Source: an uncultured Gammaproteobacteria bacterium
GTDB lineage: Bacteria > Patescibacteriota > Patescibacteriia > Magasanikbacterales > UBA922
Assembly: GCA_964571295.1 (NCBI GenBank)
Contig: CAZNAO010000002.1
Coordinates: 8,594-61,495 of the forward strand
Length of the DNA stretch: 52,902 bases
Direction: 5' to 3'
Below, piece after piece: positions 19,378-28,874 of the stretch (the stretch's first letter is position 1; each line of letters starts with the position of its first letter). The notes beneath the pieces were generated by a model. The model did no database searches. It was not told where the DNA came from and saw only the letters and a program-made list of their open reading frames with translations. A program made the translations under genes and the position numbers.

Positions 19378-21006
19378 ATGGCACTTTACCACAAACACCG
19401 TCCACAGACCTTTGATACCGTGATCCACCAAGAACATATCATGATTACATTGAAGAATGAATTGACTGGCGGAAAAATCGCACATGCATATCTCTTCTCA
19501 GGTCCGCATGGCGTTGGAAAGACCACGACAGCGCGTATTTTAGCTAAATCTTTGAACTGCACCAACCGAAAACCAAGTGACCCGAATCCCTGCGACACGT
19601 GCGATTCATGCCGAGATATTTCTCAATCTCGTTCAATTGACGTCATCGAAATCGATGCGGCAAGTCAGACCGGAGTTGATAACGTGCGTGAAAATATTAT
19701 CGAAAACGCACAGTTCAAACCTACCCGGGGGAAATATAAAATTTTCATCGTGGACGAGGTCCATATGTTGTCCACAGCCGCCTTCAACGCGCTCCTCAAA
19801 ACACTGGAAGAGCCACCGGAACACGTGGTTTTTATCCTTGCAACAACTGATGCCCAAAAACTACCCGCGACCGTGATCTCACGCTGCCAACGCTTCATAT
19901 TCGGCAAAGTTCCTGATGAGACCATGAAAAAACACCTATCGAAAATCGCGGAAGAAGAGGGGGTTTCCATTCATGACGATATTCTGACTGCGGTTGTACG
20001 TAAAGCACGCGGAGGCGCACGTGATGCCGTAAGTCTTCTTGATCAATTAATCGCACTTGGCGAGAAACATATTACGAAAGAAAATGCTGCGTTTGTCATG
20101 CCGACAACCTCGAATGAGGCACAAATCACGTTTCTTATCAATCTGACCAACAAACACGCAGATGCAGCCTTGGAAAACATCAAGGTACTGAACGAACAGG
20201 GCACCTATCCCCACATCTTTGCCGAGGAGCTCGTACAACTCATTCGACTACTCCTAATCACCTCCGTCGATCCTAAACTTGCAAAAAAAGAAGCATATTT
20301 ACCGGACCAGGACTTCATCACACTTGAAGCAATCTCAAAACAAATTTCCCGTGGAGATGTCGTTCGCCTTATGGACCGGACGATCAGCCGCATGAATGAA
20401 ATCAAATCATCGCAACTTCCCTACCTGCCACTGGAGTTGCTTGTGGTCGAATGGACGAGCGGAGAAGAATATCCCTCCCCAACTTCAATCAGCACAGATG
20501 GTCCGAAGTCCATTCCTCCAACACCACTCCAGCCTCCAATAACTACGAAGACAACCACTCCTCCGAGTATCACAACCAACCCGGAAACCAAAGAACAGAT
20601 AGACGCACCTATAACTGTCGTAGACCAGCCAAAAGTTGAAGCAACTATCCAACCGGAAATCCAGACGGACCCTATTCCGGCATCTCTCGACATGACCTCG
20701 GTTACCAAAGCATGGAATGCCCTCATCAAGGATATGGAAAAAAGTACACCATCCCTTATTTTCATTCTCAAAAATGCATCACTCAAATCCGTGCGCCAAG
20801 GCATTCTCCCGGTCGAAGTAGCCTACAGCTTTCACCAGGACAAACTAACCCAGACGGTAAACAAGAAAAAAATAGAAGATGGACTTGCAACACATCTCGG
20901 ATTCCGGATTGCGCTTGAGGTGAGTGTGGACGCAAGTAAACAACCAAAAGATGCAGCTGCAGATCTCAATGACCTTGCTGCTGCATTTGGCGGAAGCGTG
21001 GTCTAG
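19378..21006 (+). CDS. dnaX: DNA polymerase III subunit gamma/tau
   Basis: GPHGVGKTT Walker A, zinc module CxxCxxC, DEVHML, SRCQRF. A Pro/Thr-rich linker precedes the C-terminal domain. Confidence 0.95.
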   Translation: MALYHKHRPQTFDTVIHQEHIMITLKNELTGGKIAHAYLFSGPHGVGKTTTARILAKSLNCTNRKPSDPNPCDTCDSCRDISQSRSIDVIEIDAASQTGVDNVRENIIENAQFKPTRGKYKIFIVDEVHMLSTAAFNALLKTLEEPPEHVVFILATTDAQKLPATVISRCQRFIFGKVPDETMKKHLSKIAEEEGVSIHDDILTAVVRKARGGARDAVSLLDQLIALGEKHITKENAAFVMPTTSNEAQITFLINLTNKHADAALENIKVLNEQGTYPHIFAEELVQLIRLLLITSVDPKLAKKEAYLPDQDFITLEAISKQISRGDVVRLMDRTISRMNEIKSSQLPYLPLELLVVEWTSGEEYPSPTSISTDGPKSIPPTPLQPPITTKTTTPPSITTNPETKEQIDAPITVVDQPKVEATIQPEIQTDPIPASLDMTSVTKAWNALIKDMEKSTPSLIFILKNASLKSVRQGILPVEVAYSFHQDKLTQTVNKKKIEDGLATHLGFRIALEVSVDASKQPKDAAADLNDLAAAFGGSVV

Positions 21007-21042
21007 AAACAAAAAACGAGTGTACCGCACTCGTTTTCCTGT

Positions 21043-21360
21043 CTACAACTCTAGAGGATACCCTTGTTCTCTCCACAATCGCATTCCCCCCGTCATGTTG
21101 TATACCGACCCGAATCCCAGCATATCAAGCTGTGTAGCCGCGAGCATACTACGCCCTCCCGACTGACATACCAGATACACCGTGTCATATTTTTTCAATT
21201 CTTCGGTACATGCAGTAATATCACTCATCGGAATATTCAACGCACCAGGAACCTTCCCACTCTTCACCTCGAATGGGAATCGTACGTCTATGATTACTAC
21301 TCCCGATTTCTTCTGTTCCACGATATCATGTAATTCTGTAGTTGTAATTTCTTTAAACAT
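21043..21360 (-). CDS. rhodanese-like domain protein
   Basis: 105 aa with active-site loop CQSGGRS. Confidence 0.85.
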   Translation of the reverse strand: MFKEITTTELHDIVEQKKSGVVIIDVRFPFEVKSGKVPGALNIPMSDITACTEELKKYDTVYLVCQSGGRSMLAATQLDMLGFGSVYNMTGGMRLWREQGYPLEL

Positions 21361-21395
21361 AGATTAATGATGAAACAATATAAAAACTATCTTTT

Positions 21396-21424
21396 AAAAA
21401 ACACGGCCAAATGGCCGTGTTTTT
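21396..21424 (-). terminator. intrinsic terminator downstream of tRNA-Gln(CUG)
   Basis: ACACGGCC/GGCCGTGT stem flanked by A and T runs, immediately 3' of the tRNA. Confidence 0.6.
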
Positions 21425-21425
21425 G

Positions 21426-21496
21426 CTCGGGGACAGGGACTCGAACCCCGATACACAGGACCAGAACCTGTAGTCCTACCATTAGACGATCCCCGA
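21426..21496 (-). tRNA. tRNA-Gln (anticodon CUG)
   Basis: Hand-folded cloverleaf: acceptor UCGGGGA/UCCCCGA, anticodon arm ACAGG-UUCUGGU-CCUGU, T-loop UUCGAGU. 71 nt, CCA not encoded. Confidence 0.9.
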
Positions 21497-21605
21497 ATAT
21501 ATTTTACGCAATATAGTGTACCAAAATAAGCAAAAAAGTCAAGATATCTATTGTGGTTTACCCACCCTCTATGATACAGTATTCAAACATCATAAAAATT
21601 CTATT

Positions 21606-22325
21606 ATGAATATCAAGCTTATACTGGTTGCTTTTACCAGCGTGATATTTCTTACCGGTTGTGGAGCTGCTTCCACTTCCCGCTCGCCGAGACCGACTAC
21701 TGGACTTGCGGCAGAAGACCTCTTCTCTCCTTCGAACCCTGTTCCTGAAGAAACCGGCCTCGACCTATCCACTGCGGATTCTCACACAAACATTACTTTT
21801 TCACCTAATCCACTCACAGAAACCGCGCCCTCTATGGAATTCAATGTTTCAAAACACTATACTGCAATCCTCCATACCAACAAAGGCGATATTGAAATCG
21901 CGCTCAATTTCGGACAAACTCCGAATACCGTCAAAAATTTTGTTGACCTCTCACGCAAAGGCTTCTATATCAATACTATTTTTCATCGAGTGATTGACGG
22001 ATTCATGATTCAAGGCGGTGACCCTGAAGGGACCGGTATGGGAGGTCCAGGATACCGATTCGATGATGAGCCGTTTACCGGAGAATATACTCGCGGTGCA
22101 GTAGCCATGGCAAACGCCGGGCCGAACACGAATGGCAGTCAGTTCTTTATCATGCATACCGACTACCCTCTACCCAAGAATTACACGATTTTTGGCCACG
22201 TCACCAAAGGAATTGAGGTCGTGGATGCGATCGCTACCGATGAAGTCCAATATAGTCCGACCGGCGAGCTTTCGGTACCCGTCACCCCCACCGTGGTCCA
22301 TAGTATTGAGATTATTGAGTCATAA
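21606..22325 (+). CDS. cyclophilin-type peptidyl-prolyl isomerase, lipoprotein
   Basis: [15 protein letters not shown] core. Signal peptide with LTGC lipobox after the ATG at 21606. Confidence 0.9.
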   Translation: MNIKLILVAFTSVIFLTGCGAASTSRSPRPTTGLAAEDLFSPSNPVPEETGLDLSTADSHTNITFSPNPLTETAPSMEFNVSKHYTAILHTNKGDIEIALNFGQTPNTVKNFVDLSRKGFYINTIFHRVIDGFMIQGGDPEGTGMGGPGYRFDDEPFTGEYTRGAVAMANAGPNTNGSQFFIMHTDYPLPKNYTIFGHVTKGIEVVDAIATDEVQYSPTGELSVPVTPTVVHSIEIIES

Positions 22326-22415
22326 AAAACCAAAAACCTTCAACTATTGCTTATTTTAGCAAAAAGTGCTATACTCCCCGCTTATTCACGAATAGTTCTA
22401 ATTATATTCTTTACT

Positions 22416-22928
22416 ATGCGTAATTTTAGAGACAATCGAGGTGACAATCGAGGTGGTGGAGGCGGAAGATTTGGTAAGCGAAATTTTGGAAGCAATCGCG
22501 GAGGTGGATATGGCGGAGGTGATAGAGGTCGTCGAGATGGTGGTGCGAAGCCCGGTATGCACGCGGCAACTTGTAACGAATGTGGCAGGTCATGTGAAGT
22601 CCCTTTCCGACCTACCGGTGACCGACCAATATTCTGTAGCGAATGCTTCGGTAAGCAGCAAGGTAGAGGCAATGCCCCGCGTGAGAAAAAATTTGACCGG
22701 CCACGATTCGAGAACAAGCGACCTGACTTCCGAACAACACCCGCTCAAGATAGCAAAGCAATTGCTGAGCTTACCCAGCAGCTCGAAGTAATGAATAATA
22801 AGCTTGAACGGATCCTTAATCTCGTCATGCAAAGTTCTCCTGAGAAGGAACAAGCCCCTGAAAAAACAACTGAAGTCAAACCAAAAAAAGCAAAGGCAAA
22901 AAAAACTACCACCAAAAAGAAAAAATAG
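22416..22928 (+). CDS. CxxC-x17-CxxC zinc-ribbon protein with RGG-rich N-terminus and Lys-rich C-terminus
   Basis: CNECGRSCEVPFRPTGDRPIFCSECF zinc ribbon, RGG repeats, KKAKAKKTTTKKKK tail. Confidence 0.7.
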   Translation: MRNFRDNRGDNRGGGGGRFGKRNFGSNRGGGYGGGDRGRRDGGAKPGMHAATCNECGRSCEVPFRPTGDRPIFCSECFGKQQGRGNAPREKKFDRPRFENKRPDFRTTPAQDSKAIAELTQQLEVMNNKLERILNLVMQSSPEKEQAPEKTTEVKPKKAKAKKTTTKKKK

Positions 22929-22982
22929 CTCACTGTGTTATAGAAAACATCCCTTTACAGAGGGATGTTTTTATTTTTCATT

Positions 22983-23741
22983 TTATGATTTCTTCTCATG
23001 TTGATCGCAGTAATACACAATTGCGTCTCGCATGAATACAGCAAGTCCTGGTCGAAACTTTTCATAATATTCCGTGAATCGTGGATCCTCGACATACATT
23101 TTTCCCAGATTTCGAAACATTTCGTAACTACATTCGTAGAAAAAATTTATTCCGTCATGACTTTTCTTGATAAGCTCCTGCACGTCGGGATGATCGACCC
23201 CTTTATCCATCGCGTCAGCGATTGCAGTCGTGTGTTTCTCACCATCTTCTTTTAGTTTCTGCATTTCCACTTTAGTCATCTTACTTACTTTCTTCATGCT
23301 TTGTTTGTACGCGTCAGTATTCCCCCATCGTTCTTTTACTTCATCTTGATATTGTTTGACATCCTCATCCTTGAAGACATCATACATTTCTTTTTCATTG
23401 ATTTTTTGATTCGAATTCATAGCGGTTATAGTTGTATTAATTGCGTGAATTAATTTCTCAAGCCTCGTCTGCTTCAGCCGTATGAGCTTCTTCTGATCCC
23501 GAAGCGCCTCAATCACACTGAAACCGGGTCTATTGAGCATGCGCTTGATATCTTCAAGTGAAAATTCTAGCTCCCGAAAAAAGAGTATCTGCTGCAGACG
23601 AATAAGTTCTCCTTCTTCGTAATAACGATAGCCGTTTTTCGCACTATATGCAGGTTTAAGCAGCCCAATCTCATCATAATAATGAAGGGTGCGCACGCTA
23701 ATACCAGCTAATTGTGCGAGTGCCTGAACGGTATATGACAT
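22983..23741 (-). CDS. MerR family transcriptional regulator with TipAS-like effector domain
   Basis: N-terminal HTH YTVQALAQLAGISVRTLHYYDEIGLL, followed by a C-terminal helical effector domain. Confidence 0.85.
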   Translation of the reverse strand: MSYTVQALAQLAGISVRTLHYYDEIGLLKPAYSAKNGYRYYEEGELIRLQQILFFRELEFSLEDIKRMLNRPGFSVIEALRDQKKLIRLKQTRLEKLIHAINTTITAMNSNQKINEKEMYDVFKDEDVKQYQDEVKERWGNTDAYKQSMKKVSKMTKVEMQKLKEDGEKHTTAIADAMDKGVDHPDVQELIKKSHDGINFFYECSYEMFRNLGKMYVEDPRFTEYYEKFRPGLAVFMRDAIVYYCDQHEKKS

Positions 23742-23881
23742 ACATTTTAGGATCCTACATTACTTATACTAAACTATTACGTAACGTTAGAGTCAAATAT
23801 GTTTATCCACAGATATAATATCGCACACCTTTATAATATTTATCTACTTCCTTTTCATATCATGTGCTAGAATTGAGGCAT

Positions 23882-25420
23882 ATGAAACAATCCTCATTCC
23901 CATTTTCCCTGAACTATCCCATTCTCGGCTGTATCGCAGCACTCCATCTCGTAGCGTTACTTGTAAAAGGAAACACGGTATTGGAATGGACCGCACTCGG
24001 TCTCATGGGAATTATGGTTGCCATACTTACCTATCGATCGCTTTTTACCGGATTCCTCGTGGCGGCAGTCGAAATATTCATCGGAGGGCATGGACACCTC
24101 ATACATGCACCGATTATCGGATTCTCCTTTTCACTCCGCATGATCATATTCCTTGCGGTCATGGGTTCATGGCTTGTTCTTCTGATTCAAAAAAAAATTC
24201 GATTCAACTTTTTATTGCGAACACAATATCCGTTTGTCATACTTGCTGCCGTACTCATCCTGGGAGTACTCGTAGGACTGTTGAGAAAAAATTCTTTTGC
24301 CGCCATATTCGATGATGCCAACAGCTATGCCACCCTGGCACTTCTCTTCCCACTCATCGGGATTTCCTGGACAGAAGAGCGGAAAACACAACTCCTCTCA
24401 GCACTCACCACTTCTGCAGTGTGGCTTTCTTTTGTCACCATCATATTATCTTTTGTCTTTACCCATGCCGGTGAGCAGTTTACCCGTCCGATCTATGTCT
24501 TCTTCCGAGATACACGACTTGCCGAAGTAACTCTCCAGTCAGTTACCAATTCAAGCGGTACGATCGCACATCCACTTGCTGCACGAGTCCTTGGAGACAG
24601 TGGATATTGGTATCGCATTTTCATGCAGTCACACTTTTTTATCGTTGCCGCACTACTCCTTATTGTCTCCTATATGATGATCGCGATTCAGGAAGGCCAT
24701 GCTCGCGTTCGCTATGTTTCGCTAGTACTCATACTATTCGGTAGCGCACTACTGATATCACAATCACGAAGTTTTTTTGTCGGGCTTCTCCTCGCTACAC
24801 TGACCGTCATAGCCGCTTCTTTTTTCCTCCGTCGGTCGGATACACGGCGATTGATCCAGCGCCTTGGCGTACTCGCGCTTCTCGGACTCTGTGCAGGAAC
24901 AGTCGCTCTTCTTACGATCCGCTTCCCGCTCGCAGTCAATCCGCCTATTGAACAAGCACTCTTCTATGATACCTCAGTCGACACCACACGCACCTCAGCA
25001 GTGACCAGCCGTTGGACACTTGTCCGCACTTTGAACGAAAAAATTATCGCATCCCCTGTTGTCGGATCAGGATTCGGTACTGTATTGTCGTATGAGAGCG
25101 ATGACCCAAGAGTGTTCGATGAAACCGGTGGGACCATCCTTACTACGTATCGTTTTGAATGGGGATATCATGACATCTGGATCAAAATGGGCCTCCTCGG
25201 GCTTGCCGCACTTGCCGCATATTATTTCATGATCACCCAACAACTCACACGTGCCTGGGGCATGGTACCTCGATGGCTCCTCGTCGGAATTTTGGGTGGA
25301 CTCATCGCACTAAGCATCGCACACATCTTTTCTCCCTATCTCAACCATCCGATCGGTCTCATCTGGTTGCTCTGTGTAATTCCGTTTATATACACAGAAA
25401 AAAATGAAAGTGTGATATAA
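23882..25420 (+). CDS. O-antigen ligase/polymerase-like polytopic membrane protein
   Basis: More than 10 TM helices with a central loop (SQSRSFFVGLLLA region) resembling the Wzy_C family. Confidence 0.6.
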   Translation: MKQSSFPFSLNYPILGCIAALHLVALLVKGNTVLEWTALGLMGIMVAILTYRSLFTGFLVAAVEIFIGGHGHLIHAPIIGFSFSLRMIIFLAVMGSWLVLLIQKKIRFNFLLRTQYPFVILAAVLILGVLVGLLRKNSFAAIFDDANSYATLALLFPLIGISWTEERKTQLLSALTTSAVWLSFVTIILSFVFTHAGEQFTRPIYVFFRDTRLAEVTLQSVTNSSGTIAHPLAARVLGDSGYWYRIFMQSHFFIVAALLLIVSYMMIAIQEGHARVRYVSLVLILFGSALLISQSRSFFVGLLLATLTVIAASFFLRRSDTRRLIQRLGVLALLGLCAGTVALLTIRFPLAVNPPIEQALFYDTSVDTTRTSAVTSRWTLVRTLNEKIIASPVVGSGFGTVLSYESDDPRVFDETGGTILTTYRFEWGYHDIWIKMGLLGLAALAAYYFMITQQLTRAWGMVPRWLLVGILGGLIALSIAHIFSPYLNHPIGLIWLLCVIPFIYTEKNESVI

Positions 25421-25486
25421 TTGTCATGCTTTTTTTGAAATATGTTTTTCTTTTAACTTTTGACCTTCGACTTTTGATTTTGAAAT

Positions 25487-26434
25487 ATGCCTGTTTACCT
25501 CTCAGTTCTTATCCTTGTCGTGTTATTTTTCTTTCTAGGCGCTTCTGCCAATGTAGTCGTTGATAATATCAAAAAAATCGCAAAAACCCTCAGAGTTCCC
25601 ACATTTATCTTGGGATTGATTCTGGGTATTCTCACGTCATTTCCCGAACTTTCGATCGCGATCAACACCTCGATCAAAGGTGTTCAGGATGTATCGGTCG
25701 GCAATTTGTTCGGCGGAATTTTCGTGGTATTCTGCATCATTCTCGGACTGGGACTTATACTCAATCGGAAAATAAAAACCGATGGTAAGGTTACTACCCC
25801 ATTACCTGCATTTGCATTATTATTCACCCCACTCATACTCGGATTCGACGGAATTTTGACCATGCTTGATGGGGTTATCATCTCTCTTGGTTATCTTGCA
25901 GTTCTTACGCATTTTTATTTTAGAACCAGAGATGCTCAATCTGTTGGTATTACCATCGTAAAATCGAATACACTCGTCAAAGAAATATTTTTTGTAATCA
26001 GCGGAACCCTCGTCGTAATCGGAGCTTCGAATTTCATCGTAAAAATTACGGTTGACATCCTTTCAGTATTCAATATTTCCGGCTTTACCATAGGACTCAT
26101 GGTATTTTCACTCGGTACCAATCTGCCGGAATTGACCGTCATCATCACCTCCTGGAGAAAAAAGCTCAAAGAGATTTCATTCAGCCACATGCTCGGCTCC
26201 GCAATCGTCAATCCTTTGATTTTTGCAATCATGACATTCTTTGCGCCTGTGCCCATGGCAGTCGACCGGGCATATCTTTTTATCTGCTATTTCCTCTTCA
26301 TACTCTCGGCAGTACTTCTTTATTTTTACAAAAGCAATAAGAGCCTCAGTCGTCCTGAAGGTATCGTGCTCCTCATTATTTTCCTGATTTTTGCCGCCCT
26401 CCAGGCTACGCTCCTTCCTGCGCATTTGATGTAA
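25487..26434 (+). CDS. CaCA family sodium/calcium exchanger membrane protein
   Basis: Two internally repeated halves with alpha-repeat-like segments (GNLFGG; GTNLPEL). Confidence 0.75.
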   Translation: MPVYLSVLILVVLFFFLGASANVVVDNIKKIAKTLRVPTFILGLILGILTSFPELSIAINTSIKGVQDVSVGNLFGGIFVVFCIILGLGLILNRKIKTDGKVTTPLPAFALLFTPLILGFDGILTMLDGVIISLGYLAVLTHFYFRTRDAQSVGITIVKSNTLVKEIFFVISGTLVVIGASNFIVKITVDILSVFNISGFTIGLMVFSLGTNLPELTVIITSWRKKLKEISFSHMLGSAIVNPLIFAIMTFFAPVPMAVDRAYLFICYFLFILSAVLLYFYKSNKSLSRPEGIVLLIIFLIFAALQATLLPAHLM

Positions 26435-26485
26435 GCGAGTGTTTGCCCAAGGATATTCTCCCCAGGCAAACACCATACGGCGGCA

Positions 26486-26833
26486 TCAGACTTCGGCGGG
26501 GCGCTGGCGTCGCCAGACGACCTTCTGATGTGCTCCGACACGGCACACATCGACCGCCTCAGTCCCGATCACACCGTCGACCGAATAGAGCCAAAAAAGG
26601 CTCTCTCCACGATCTTCACGGATTCCGCGGATCTCGGTGACGTAGGAGTGCTGTCTGCCATCGACCTGTCTCACCTCATAGACCACATCTGCCTCATGCA
26701 CCAGCAGACGTTTCAGTACAGTCTCATCCCCATCAAGGTCGACATCGCACCCGGATTTCACGAGCGCCATGCTCGCGAGTGCTACACCGCCCTTGAGAAG
26801 ACTTCCCAAGAATGCACGACGATCGGTTTCCAC
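26486..26833 (-). CDS. DUF4430 (transcobalamin beta-domain-like) protein with Tat-type signal, GC-rich
   Basis: GTG start preceded by AAGAAGGTGGAG. Twin-arginine signal DRRAFLGSLL followed by a Cys (VKSGC). C-terminal YVTEIRGIREDRGESLFWLYSVDGV...VVW matches the DUF4430 pattern seen in the genes at 31084 and 31685. Confidence 0.65.
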   Translation of the reverse strand: METDRRAFLGSLLKGGVALASMALVKSGCDVDLDGDETVLKRLLVHEADVVYEVRQVDGRQHSYVTEIRGIREDRGESLFWLYSVDGVIGTEAVDVCRVGAHQKVVWRRQRPAEV

Positions 26834-26957
26834 CTTATCAACTCCACCTTCTTAGACACACAACACCCGCCAGGATTTCTGGCGGGTAGTATGTTCATTT
26901 AGACATCCGATACGGATCACAACACAAGCACGGAATTGCGATACGTAATGGGATATC

Positions 26958-27105
26958 AAAAAAACATTTCTCCGCTCCTGCTCGGGAGTTGAAAAAACTA
27001 TTATGAGCGCTCTTGACCGGGCTTGTATACCGTTGCGGCACAGCGGAGGTTACCACTTAATAGGTTACCTCACTTCCAGAGTATGCTCAGCGTTTGTAAA
27101 AGAAC
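26958..27105 (-). promoter_or_regulatory. cobalamin riboswitch-like leader (aptamer plus terminator)
   Basis: Minus-strand core GUGGUAACCUCCGCUGUGCCGCAACGGUAUA (27025-27056) fits the GGUGnnAAnCC...GCnGnnCCGCAACnGUAA cobalamin core. B12-box-like CUCCCGAGCAGGA (26976-26988) is followed by a U7 tract. Promoter TTGACG(27142-27137)-18 nt-TACACT. The leader lies upstream of the DUF4430 gene. Confidence 0.6.
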
Positions 27106-27275
27106 TGCATGAAGTGTACCATGCAGAAAATCTCGCCGTCAAAATTGGCTAACTGCTTTATTTTTTCATAGTTTTCTGGTAACATATCCACACCACTAGT
27201 CAAAATTTCCTAGTCCAAAGCCATAAAGCAAAAAAACCAAAGAACCAAAACAACAAGATAGAAGAACGTAAAAAT

Positions 27276-28121
27276 ATGAGTATTATTATCGACGGAAAAC
27301 AACTGGCATACAACATCCTTACCAATATACAGGCCGATGTTTTGGAACTCAAAAAAAACGGGATTACACCGAAACTAGCGATCGTCTGTATCGGAGAACA
27401 CAAACCGTCAAAAACATATATCAGAAGAAAAAAAGAAGCAGCTGAAGCGGCCGGCATCGCTTTTGAATTACACGAATACCCACACGACACTACAAAAGAA
27501 AAAATCATTTCAGAAATCAAAAAAATCCAAAAAAACAAACATCTTTCAGGACTCATCGTCCAACTTCCCCTCCCCGAGCCCTTATTTACGACTGATGTAT
27601 TGAATGCGATCGATCCCGATCTTGACGTCGACTGTCTTACCGATACCCAGCTCGGCACCCTCGTCATGAAAACCAATACGATCGCCCCGCCGACTCCCGG
27701 AGCAGTACTCGAAATCCTTGAATCACTCCAGGTGGACTTGAAAGGCAAACATGTAGCTGTGATCGGAGCAGGAGCTCTGGTCGGAAAACCGCTCGCGATC
27801 ATGCTTCTCAACAAAGAAGCAACCGTAACGGTCGCGAACGCATATACACACAATCTCAAAAAAATAACCAAGCGCGCGGACATTGTCGTTTCTGCGGTCG
27901 GGAAAAAAAATCTGATAACCAAATCACATATCAAAAAAGGAGCGATCGTGATCGATACCGGGATCGTCTTTGACAACGGAAAAATGTACGGAGATGTAGA
28001 TTTTGTCCCTGTCGCAAAAAAAGCCGGGGCTATTACGCCGACCCCTGGAGGAGTGGGTCCAATCACGGTAGCACTCCTCCTCAAAAATACGATTACCCAA
28101 GCAAAAAAATTATCCCGATAA
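27276..28121 (+). CDS. folD: bifunctional methylenetetrahydrofolate dehydrogenase/cyclohydrolase
   Basis: Typical FolD length and motifs (GxGxxVGKP, TPTPGGVGP). Confidence 0.95.
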   Translation: MSIIIDGKQLAYNILTNIQADVLELKKNGITPKLAIVCIGEHKPSKTYIRRKKEAAEAAGIAFELHEYPHDTTKEKIISEIKKIQKNKHLSGLIVQLPLPEPLFTTDVLNAIDPDLDVDCLTDTQLGTLVMKTNTIAPPTPGAVLEILESLQVDLKGKHVAVIGAGALVGKPLAIMLLNKEATVTVANAYTHNLKKITKRADIVVSAVGKKNLITKSHIKKGAIVIDTGIVFDNGKMYGDVDFVPVAKKAGAITPTPGGVGPITVALLLKNTITQAKKLSR

Positions 28122-28135
28122 TCCGGGATAATTTT

Positions 28136-28870
28136 TTATTTGAACGTATGTTTCCTACTGAGTGCGTATTTGAGAATGCACCAGATCGCCTGAAAGCCAT
28201 CCCTCCAGCCGATCTTCTTGCCTTCGGCATAGGTCCTACCATAGTATGATATTCCGACTTCATAGATCCTCACCCCGGGATATCGTGCCACTTTTGCAGT
28301 CACTTCAGGCTCGAATCCGAATCGCTCTTCGCGTAAATCCAACTTTTGGATCACTTCCCTCCGGAACAATTTGTAGCCCGTCTCCATGTCGGTCAGATTG
28401 AGATTGGTGCACAGGTTGGAAAGGAAAGTGAGAAATTTATTACCAATGGTGTGCCAGAAGAATAACACCCGATGAGGATTCCCTCCCATAAACCGGGAGC
28501 CATACACCACGTCTGCAAACCCATCCTGTATTGGCTGAAGTAATAGTGCATATTCTTTGGGACTGTATTCCAGATCCGCATCCTGGATGATTACATAATT
28601 TCCGGTTGCAACCCGTACTCCCGTATGGATCGCAGCACCTTTTCCCCGATTCATATCATGACGTTTATATACGATCGGAGCACCCGGATGGGTCCGTATA
28701 TAGTTCTCAATTACTGATTTGGTCGCATCGACTGAACAATCATCGATTACGATAATTTCTTTTTCCATGCCGTGAGGGAGTATGGTCTCCTGTACACTAT
28801 CAAGTACTGAAGAAATCGTACTCTCTTCATTAAATGCAGGAATAAGTATTGAAAGTTTTTGTGTCTCCAT
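28136..28870 (-). CDS. glycosyltransferase family 2 (polyprenol-phosphate glycosyltransferase-like)
   Basis: LIPAFNEE...VIDDCS...QDADLEY motifs. Start set at METQKL, which avoids overlap with dus. Confidence 0.85.
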   Translation of the reverse strand: METQKLSILIPAFNEESTISSVLDSVQETILPHGMEKEIIVIDDCSVDATKSVIENYIRTHPGAPIVYKRHDMNRGKGAAIHTGVRVATGNYVIIQDADLEYSPKEYALLLQPIQDGFADVVYGSRFMGGNPHRVLFFWHTIGNKFLTFLSNLCTNLNLTDMETGYKLFRREVIQKLDLREERFGFEPEVTAKVARYPGVRIYEVGISYYGRTYAEGKKIGWRDGFQAIWCILKYALSRKHTFK

Positions 28871-28874
28871 ACGA

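Noticed and set aside
20283-20289. A AAA AAA slippery heptamer in the correct phase in dnaX (possible gamma-subunit -1 frameshift)
   Set aside because: The -1 frame stops after 13 codons, which would truncate the protein near residue 303. That is inside the predicted clamp-loader domain III rather than after it. No downstream stem-loop is evident, so this is probably a coincidental Lys-Lys codon pair.
27200-28084. 294-aa ORF on the minus strand, antisense to folD
   Set aside because: It overlaps the unmistakable folD frame completely. Its sequence is low-complexity (Ser/Phe/Ile-rich) with no motifs, which is the typical shadow ORF of a real gene.
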